Shown: one piece after another, positions 56,381 through 64,000 of the stretch
Layout: every line of letters begins with the position of its first letter
Position numbering within the stretch: position 1 is the stretch's first letter
DNA from: Eledone cirrhosa
Lineage: Eukaryota
Assembly: GCA_964016885.1 (NCBI GenBank)
Contig: OZ024753.1
Span: forward strand, 28,520,001 to 28,584,000
DNA: 64,000 nt
Direction of reading: 5' to 3'
Position numbers and translations under genes: made by a program
The notes under the pieces: model-generated
What the model saw: only the letters and a program-made list of their open reading frames with translations
Database searches by the model: none
What the model was told of the DNA's origin: nothing

Positions 56381-56475
56381 TATGAGAATATTTATAATAT
56401 TTTGAATAATATATATACCATCATCATCATCGTTTAATGTCCATCTTCCATGCTAGCATAGTATATATAGTGAAC

Positions 56476-56670
56476 GGGCGTGGCCCGGTGGTTAGGGAAT
56501 TGGATTCGCAATCGTGAGGTTGTGTGTTCGATTCCTTGAGCAAGACACTTTATTTCATGTTGTTCCTTCTACCTGGGGTTGTGAATAATAGATAGTATTA
56601 GTAACTGGAAAGATAAACGGTTAAAGTGTTTCCTCAGTCCGATTTGACTAAAGTCGATCGACTGTCGATA
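56476..56670 (+). mobile_element. tRNA-derived CORE-like SINE
   Basis: A box TGGCCCGGTGG (56481-91), B box GTTCGATTCC (56526-35), then TTGAGCAAGACACTTTATTTCA. The 3' boundary is approximate. Confidence 0.75.
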
Positions 56671-56990
56671 TATAATATATATATATATGTACATATATAT
56701 ATATATATATATGTACATATATATATATATATATATAAACGGAAAAAATGAAACAAAATTTCATTTCCCACTCTTAGTACGGCTGTTACTTAAATATAAG
56801 TATGTACACGTACATACATATATGTATACAGATGTACAGTAGTATGTATATATATATACATACATGCACACATATATATATGTACGTATGGATTCACCGA
56901 ACATTTATTATAATGCTCGGTGTGTTTGTAAACAAACATCCCGTATTAAGCCGTAGTGTCTAGCAACCTTCGTTGCTCGTTTGTTCAACA

Positions 56991-57059
56991 CTGACAAAGG
57001 AACGCTGTACTAGTTTCAAGCTTATTAGCTATCGTCAGCAACGTATACCTTCCTGCCAG
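56991..57059 (-). ncRNA. Type I hammerhead ribozyme, family B, minus-strand copy
   Basis: Minus strand reads ACGTTG-CTGACGA-TAGCT(AATA)AGCTT-GAAA-CTAG-TA^CAGCGT. Cleavage is predicted between 57008 and 57007. Confidence 0.9.
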
Positions 57060-57658
57060 ATTGTTGAACGTATATACTTACCTTATGCATATTAACGGCT
57101 GAGTAGCCCACTTTGCATATCGAGTGGGTTAATCGGCCGGGTGCACCGAAAACAATAAACGGAAAAAATGAAATGAAATGAAATTTCCCACTCTTAGTAC
57201 AGCTGTTACTTAAATATAAGTATGTACATGTACATACATATATGTATACAGACATACAGTAGTATGTATATATATATACATACATGCACACATATATATA
57301 TGTAGTGTTGAACAAATGAACAACGATGGTTGCTAGACACTACGGCTTGATACGGGATGTTTGTTTACAAACACACCGAGCATTATAATAAATGTTTGGT
57401 GAATCTATACGTACATATATATATATGTGTGCATGTATGTATATATATATACATACTACTGTACGTCTGTATACATATATGTATGTACGTGTACATACTT
57501 ATATTTAAGTAACAGCCGTACTAAGAGTGGGAAATGAAATTTCGTTTCATTTTTTCCGTTTATCGTTTTCGGTGCACCCGGCCGATTAACCCACTCGATA
57601 TGCAAATTGGGCTACTCAGCCGTTAATATGCATAAGGTAAGTATATACGTTCAACAAT

Positions 57659-57727
57659 CTGGCAGGAAGGTATATGTTGCTGACGATAGCTAATAAGCTT
57701 GAAACTAGTACAGCGTTCCTTTGTCAG
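57659..57727 (+). ncRNA. Type I hammerhead ribozyme, family B
   Basis: CTGACGA at 57680-86, stem II AGCT/AGCT, GAAA at 57701-04, palindromic stem III ACTAGT, GUA cleavage after 57710. Stem I is ATGTTG/CAGCGT, extended by CTGGCAGGAAGG/CCTTTGTCAG. Confidence 0.9.
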
Positions 57728-57917
57728 TGTTGAACAAACGAGCAACGATGGTTGCTAGACACTACGGCTAAATACGGGATGTTTGTTTACAAACACACCG
57801 AGCATTATAATAAATGTTCGGTGAATCCATACGTACATATATATATGTGTGCATGTATGTATATATATATACATACTACTGTACGTCTGCATACATATAT
57901 GTATGTACATGTACATA

Positions 57918-57964
<47 letters not shown>

Positions 57965-58027
57965 AAAAAAGATGAAATCGAAAATGCAACTGGAGTCTTT
58001 TTTTTATAAAAATATATATTTATTTGG

Positions 58028-58071
58028 TTCCTTTACCGGTTTCGCAGTTCTTCTGCTTTTCAAAAGTAGAA
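58028..58071 (-). ncRNA. Type I hammerhead ribozyme, family C, U3-A8 core variant
   Basis: Minus strand reads TTCTACTT-TTGAAAA-GCAG(AAGAA)CTGC-GAAA-CCGG-TA^AAGGAA, followed by AATAAA. It lies in a 140-bp island (57961-58100) bounded by (TA)n. Confidence 0.7.
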
Positions 58072-58392
58072 TTGAGATGGAGGGTTTGTGGTTTTTCTCA
58101 CATATATATATATATATATACATATATCAGTATGTGGTTGGCAGCTGAGAGAAAAGAGTACCCAATACTAAAGTAGAGTTTTATAGAGTTTAGAGTTTAT
58201 ATATATATTAATTTAGAATAGTGTGGGCAGGGTGCTTTTGTTGTGACATCTACACAATCACTTTGCAGGACCACACCACCACCAGTGTGGGTGCAACCCT
58301 CTCTCCTTCCGGCTGTCACATCCAGGATGTTTTACTGGATCAAAAGAGAGGTTGAGAAGATTTCTGTACCTGCTTTTGACTGCATGGGTACT

Positions 58393-58630
58393 TTAAACCC
58401 TTTAAGCCATAAGCATTCACATTACTCTATATTTACTATTGTATTTTCGCAGCAAAGGCTTTACCTCACATAATTATCTTACATGATATCAAATCTACGA
58501 GAATTTGATGTTATTTATTTTTAGAACAATACCTTAATGTCGGTATGAGTGGCTGGTTATGGCCGGTTTGAACAGAAAGAGGTGAGAGAATTCTGGCCGT
58601 ATATGGCCGGTTTAAATGCTAAAGGGTTAA
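58393..58630. mobile_element. piggyBac-like MITE
   Basis: Ends TTAA(A)CCCTTTAAGC... and ...GCTAAAGGGTTAA, giving a TTAA target and CCCTTTA terminal inverted repeats. Non-coding. Confidence 0.65.
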
Positions 58631-59129
58631 TGAAAGAATGATATATATTCCAAGTCATACTCAGTTGTGAGTGACAGTTGTAGTTTTTCTAGTTCTTCTT
58701 ATGAAGCAAAAAACAACAGCTTGATTATAGAATTAACAAACTGAATGCAATCAGCCTAAAAAAGTTAATTAAAAATGATGATGCAGAGAGGAAAAATACT
58801 ATATTTGTCTAATGATTAAATTATATTACTTTAATTTTTTCTTCTCTCAGTATATAATTATTTCTAGTTAAATATTTAATGCCTCAAGCATTGCATATGT
58901 TTGCACTAAATTAATCCCTTTGATAAAAAAACTACCAGAAACTGGTCCTGAGTTCATCATACTAAGCTGTATATTTTATTGTACTATTTTTTAAATTTAT
59001 TTATCTAAAACCCTTCTATCATGATTATGTAAGAACCTTTGTTAAGTTATGTTCCAAGCATCAGTTTATCATGATCATCATTATCATCATCATCCTATAT
59101 ATTTCATTGGATGGTAATAAGACGAAATG

Positions 59130-59850
59130 CTCAGAAGAAGCTGAAAATATCTTCTTGCTGTATTTGTCACTAATTTAGACTTTGTTGATGAGTTGCATCT
59201 TCCCTCAAACTCAGTAGCATCTGCCGAATCGTTCCTTTATGTGCTGGAACTAGTTGCTGCTCATGTTGGACTTTATTACAATGATTAAAAAACTGAGTTT
59301 ATCTCAACAGAATTTGATGTTAGCATAGTCACAGTAAACAGGAAACCTTTAAAGCAAATAGAAGACTTTAAGTATTTTGGTTCTTTCATAAGGAACTCAG
59401 AAAATTCATAGAGCCCTGGCCTGGAATGCATTTCATAAGCTGGATAAAATTTTGAAATCCAATATACCAAACAAACTTGTTTAGAACGACCATACAGCCT
59501 ATCCTCCTCTACAGTTGTGAGATGTGGACCTTGCACTCTCGTCTATAGAGCCATTTAGATGGATGTGACACTACCCTTCTGAGAAAGGTTCAAAATATTA
59601 CTTGGCAGATCCATCCCATACTTAATATGGTATATGGAAAAATCCCCAAAACCTGATTGAACATCATACAAGGTTTACTGGTCTCTGCTTCCATGCAAAA
59701 GATGAGATGGTTTCAGACATCAGACTCTCTACCAGAAAGCTCAGATACCAGGATACCATAGCAAGAGACAGTGGAATTGACAAGAATAACCTACAAAACT
59801 TGATGCAAAACAGATTGTTAGCGTGAAGATGTGCTGGCTGTCTCACCTAA
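59130..59850 (+). pseudogene. Degenerate RTE-type LINE reverse transcriptase fragment
   Basis: Translates as VTNLDFVDE...VAAHVGLYYND*KTEFI...LKQIEDFKYFGSFI. After frameshifts it continues ALAWNAFHKLDKI, YSCEMWTL, LDGCDTTLLRKVQNITW and YQDTIARDSG, matching RT domains 5-7 and downstream motifs. Confidence 0.8.
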
Positions 59851-60585
59851 GGGCGATGGATAAGATATAAGATAAGTGAAGACAATGTATGAAGAATCCT
59901 ATATATAATTAATGACTGATTGTAGTATCATAGAATCATTTACTTAGTTATATCAGAGAGTTAACATAATCTAGTGGAACATGTAGACAGTATCTATAAC
60001 AACAGCCAATACTTACAATTGAGGAAGACTTTGTAGTATGTACTATGCTTTTGTTAATGGTTTTAAGGCCTCAAAGTAAATACAACTTCTCAGCCTGCCT
60101 ACACATACTGTGTCATACTGAATCTCCCTGAGAATTATGTTAAAGAAAAACGTGTCTGTAGAATGCTCAACCACTTCCATAAGCAGGCTGTCCCATTGAT
60201 TTGACAACTGGAGACCAACAGAGATTCATTCCATATATGTATGATATATTCTCACATTACCACATGGTAATTAAATCCTGGCTGATCCAGTAGAATATCT
60301 GTGGTGTGACAATCAGTGGGAGAGAGATCTACTTCAGTACTGGGCCTATATTTTCTTTATCAACTCTGAAATTAGATCTTGGCACAATTTGAACCCTGAA
60401 TAGAGAGCTGAGAGAAGTAGGACAACACATTATACAATATATCTGATGATGTGTGTGTATCCAGTTTAGAATAAGTACACCATATTCCTGCATGTCATAA
60501 GAGTTGACTAAAAGGGTTGGTGCCAGGAAGAGTATCTGGTTGTAAAAGAGCCCATTTTGTGGCGTCTACAAGACTAATCTTTACA

Positions 60586-60996
60586 TTAATACTTTTGATA
60601 CCAAACTACTTGAAACAGCCACTGGTTTTATGATATTAAGCTGTTTATTTTAGTGTTTGTCAATATCTAAATATAGTTTCCATCATCATTTTATGTAAAG
60701 CTTTAAGTTATATTCCCAAACACCAGATATGTAATGAGAAAATTAGTTATACAGGTAAAATTCCATTATAACGAATACCATTATATCGAATTTTTCAGTA
60801 TAACGAAATTTTTTTTAATCCCAGATGCTCGATTTGTTTTGGTTGATCTTATTATAAAGAATTTTTCGTTACAACAAATTTTTTTTAATACCCCGTGAAT
60901 TTCGTTATAACAAAATTTCACTGTATTACTAAATCTCGATTATCTTCTAAATTATTTTAAAATAATTTATTCGAAATATAGTAACAAGAAGGTGAA
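60586..60996. mobile_element. Old TTAA-type MITE interrupted by a younger MITE
   Basis: Degenerate termini TTAATACTTTTGATACC and GTAACAAGAAGGTGAA. Resemblance to a common cephalopod repeat is from memory only. Confidence 0.35.
60752..60923. mobile_element. Tc1/pogo (Tigger-like) MITE
   Basis: TA-CAG...CTG-TA ends. Left TIR CAGGTAAAATTCCATTATAACGAA versus right TIR (reverse complement) CAGTGAAATTTTGTTATAACGAA. Internal repeats of TATAACGAA. Confidence 0.8.
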
Positions 60997-61876
60997 TAAG
61001 GAAAAAAATAGCCTTAAAATGTTTTGTTGTATTATACCTGATGTTCTGTGAACCATTGTTGAAAACAGTTATAAATATAAATGAGGGAATTTCTTTCTCC
61101 AACTACAAAATCAGAAAATATTTGAAATACGTGATTTTGTTGTAGTTTAATCTAGGGCAGCTACTGTTGTTGGAATACCTGCAATATTGCCAGGGCAAAG
61201 TAATCTTGCATTATATAACATCACAATAGCAAGCAGTAATAGCATACTGAATTTTTCAATATGCATGCATGTAATTAGAATGCAATTTCTTACGAAAATC
61301 TTTCTTTCGTTTGTATTTTTCTTTCTTTTATTCTGTCATTCTTTGCTGTTTTATTTTTATTTTAAAATAAAAAGAAAAAAATTTTTTTATATTATCATAA
61401 CCATCATTATATTTATCGATTTGTTCTTTCTCAATATGCAAACTGAAATTATTAGTGCAGTTACTACAACTTATGTATACACATACATGCATACATATGT
61501 GTGTGTATGCGTGTGTGAGTGCATATGCTGATACTACAAAAACAAACAAAACAACAAATATTTTGCCGATAATATGAAAATCAGTCACAGTGTTAGATAA
61601 GGATCCTAACATGGAAGGAAGGTTGTAATATTCCAATCAGATCCAGGGCTTTCTCCCTCCTGTTGGAGGAACCCCCTCCCTGGTTGACTTCCACCACTTT
61701 CTGTTTGGTTTTGGTAATATAAGGGGTGTAGCTGTACTCACTGTGGTTGGCTAATTGCTGGTTGGTGAGGTTATTTAACCCATAGTTGGGGTGGATGGCT
61801 GTTGACTCTGAGGAGTTCATCTGCACTTTTAACAGCTCTTGTTTTTTGTGCTGGTGGGGTTTCACCTATCCTTCTC

Positions 61877-62183
61877 ACCAGGCTAGGGTCTGGTAGGGGA
61901 GCTAGTTTAGTCATGAATCACTCAACCATGAAACAGGTTGTACTGGGTTACATGGTACCAGTAGCAGGCAGAAGTCTGACCTGACCAGACCAATGTCTGG
62001 TTGGGGTTTAGTCACCAATTATTAGACCATCAAGCAGGTTATACTGGATTACAAGGTACCAATGGCAGGCAGAAGCCTGACCTCACCAGACAAGGGTCTG
62101 GTTGGGGAACTAGTTTAGTTGTTGACCACTAAATGAAGCAGGTTTACTGGATTTCATGGTACCAGACGCAGGCAGAATCCTGG
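61877..62183. repeat. Diverged tandem repeat, ~102-bp unit, 3 copies
   Basis: GGTACCA...GCAGGCAGAA recurs at 61954, 62055 and 62158, and GTCTGGT occurs in each unit. Confidence 0.85.
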
Positions 62184-63215
62184 ATATGCAATAATTGTCT
62201 TTTATTGTTATGTTCTATGAGGGTGGTAAATCTGAATAAAAACTGATTTGGACTGTGATTATGTATAAAACCTAGAGACATAAAGTAATGATGATGATGT
62301 GGAATTACTAATAATAGAATTATGAGAGTTTACAACAGCCCCATGCTTATGAATAATGGCTTAGTGTGGTATAGTTTGTGATTTGTTACAGAAGGTATAT
62401 AAAACAACTTTGATATTTGACAATTTCTGAAGTGTCAAGCACATTTACAGCTGGATATTAACACCCTGGAATTTCAAATTACAACAATTGTCACAGCTCA
62501 GAAGTTACTATGATTAACTATGTCATCAATAAGAATGAAACCAGTTGTGTTAAAGGATAGTTCTGAAGAGTCCTTTGATAAATTCATTTTCTAGTTTGAA
62601 AGTTAGCTTAGATTTCTGAAGCCAGATGGGAACAACAAATCGAATTCATTTCTATTATGTCTAAGAGATTTATTTTGATTAAATCTGAGAGTTACTGTGA
62701 AACAGAATAGCTTAAAATGACAAAATGGAAGGCTGAATATAACATTATGGACTATTCAAGAGCAAAACATTGATGAATAGATAGTTGTAATGATGAACAG
62801 ATAAGTATATCAAAAATAATTCATGAAGAGATGAGACATTTCAGCTTAGATAGATAATTTGCCTATCTGAAAAGATTCAATTGTAATAATCTATTTTAAA
62901 AAACACATTACAGATAAAATTAGATCATGTGAAACTTCATTTTATCAAAATTATAACTAGCTAACTTATACTATCAATAAAATCTTGGCAAAACCTCTGA
63001 GTAAATATTGGCTGAGAGGGTTAGTCCATGCACAGACTGGTAAAGTCCTAATAACCAATTGATTTCATGTTATTCGCATATACTGTTTGATAAATGTTTC
63101 CATGAATATAATCCTTATCTATCGGCCAGTGGATGTGAATAAACAATTATATATTTGAGGAGTGTTGAATTATTTATGAATTTTCAATATACTAGGAGAT
63201 TTTTCAACATGCTGA

Positions 63216-63451
63216 CATGTATGTGTATATGTGTGTGTGTGTGTATGTGCATATGCATACATTTATACGTATGAGTATATAAATATAAACATGCAAACAC
63301 AGACACACTCAGACATACATTCACACAAATACACATATATTCACACAAACACACATATACTTTCACACAAACACATACATTTACAAAAACACACACATAC
63401 ATTCACACAAATACACATATTCACATAAACATACACATACACTTACACACA
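63216..63451. repeat. Degenerate (GT)n/(CA)n low-complexity tract
   Basis: Direct reading of the sequence. Confidence 0.85.
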
Positions 63452-63769
63452 AGTGTAGTGAATGTTAGATGCTTCTTTTTGTCATCACTTCTTCCTTCCT
63501 CAGTCATCTCTAGTGCGTTATGAAATCACCCCTTCCTTCCTCAATTCCTTCTAGTGTGTGATGGAAGGACGGATGGAAGTCACACAAATTTATATATAGA
63601 TGTTAGTTTAAAGTTAATGGCTTCAACAGCTATGAAAAATAGTCAAACAAATTTGGGCATATAAGACCCGAGAGATAGATAAAAATGGACAGCATCGCCT
63701 GTGGGACTTGAACTCACACCTGCTGTATGTATATATATATACATATGTTGCATACATACATATATATAT

Positions 63770-64000
63770 AGGGTACCCCGATCTGTCATTTGGTGGTCCC
63801 TAAGGAAACTAGGTGTTGAGGAATGGCTTGTGAGGACAGTGCAAACTTTGTACAGAGGTACTGTCAGTAAAGTCAGGGTAGGAATGGAGTTTAGTGAGGA
63901 ATTCCAGATACAGGTAGGAGTACATCAAGGTTCGGTCCTCAGTCCGCTCTTGTTAATTATAGTCCTCCGAGCCATTACAGAGGAGTTTAAGACTGGCTGT
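63770..64000 (+). mobile_element. 5'-truncated RTE-clade LINE, RT domains 3-4, running off the window
   Basis: Open frame of 77 codons, RVPRSVIWWSLRKLGVEEWLVRTVQTLY...VGVHQGSVLSPLLLIIVL...KTGC. It begins abruptly in (TA)n. Confidence 0.9.

Larger units (their letters stand above)
56082..56412. repeat. Near-perfect palindrome (fold-back) centred on 56251, formed by two head-to-head copies of a hammerhead-bearing element
   Basis: 56109-56250 is the reverse complement of 56252-56393 with about 4 mismatches and a 1-nt centre. The arms extend ~18 bp further past a small indel. Confidence 0.95.
56735..57924. mobile_element. Retrozyme-like / PLE pLTR-like non-coding element with a 420-nt unit: ~1.35 units on the minus strand (56735-57304) fused head-to-head with ~1.5 units on the plus strand (57305-57924)
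   Basis: AAACGGAAAAAATGAAA recurs at 56737 and 57157 (period 420). GTGTTGAACAAA recurs at 57305 and 57727 (period 422). The two halves are reverse complements, each has one hammerhead, and both outer ends run into (TA)n. Confidence 0.85.

Noticed and set aside
56476-56540. tRNA gene
   Set aside because: A and B boxes are present, but there is no 3' acceptor strand and it runs straight into a SINE core motif.
56600-56640. Minus-strand CTGAGGA as another hammerhead
   Set aside because: No GAAA or stem III follows a plausible stem II.
57600-57607. Octamer ATGCAAAT as an snRNA-type promoter element
   Set aside because: The other copy reads ATGCAAAG and no PSE is recognisable.
51826-58009. Short ORFs rich in Y/I/H/T/V/C
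   Set aside because: They are translations of TA, CA and AAT microsatellites or of non-coding repeats.
59285-59846. Minus-strand ORFs of 83 and 60 aa
   Set aside because: They are antisense to the degenerate RTE RT on the plus strand.
63480-63601. Possible Helitron 5' end (minus-strand TCTATATATAAAA)
   Set aside because: No matching 3' hairpin-CTRR end was identified, and the motif is low complexity.

Overview
Eukaryotic, gene-poor, AT-rich window. The repeat content resembles cephalopod (octopus-type) DNA, which is an inference. Bases 1-47,799 are an uninterrupted tandem satellite of a 64-bp monomer (~747 copies), with irregular higher-order duplications and three variant domains. Bases 47,800-64,000 are a mosaic of (TA)n tracts and mobile-element debris: RTE-type LINE fragments, tRNA-derived SINEs, MITEs, and a 5'-truncated Penelope-like element (PLE, Naiad-like RT C-terminus plus GIY-YIG endonuclease). 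The most notable signal is at 56.1-58.1 kb: five type I hammerhead ribozyme motifs from three unrelated non-coding element families. All five have the palindromic minimal stem III typical of PLE/retrozyme hammerheads and all sit in (TA)n. Two families form head-to-head inverted insertions, and one has a 420-nt tandem unit. A sixth, decayed hammerhead lies in the PLE 3' region. No host protein-coding gene could be supported.
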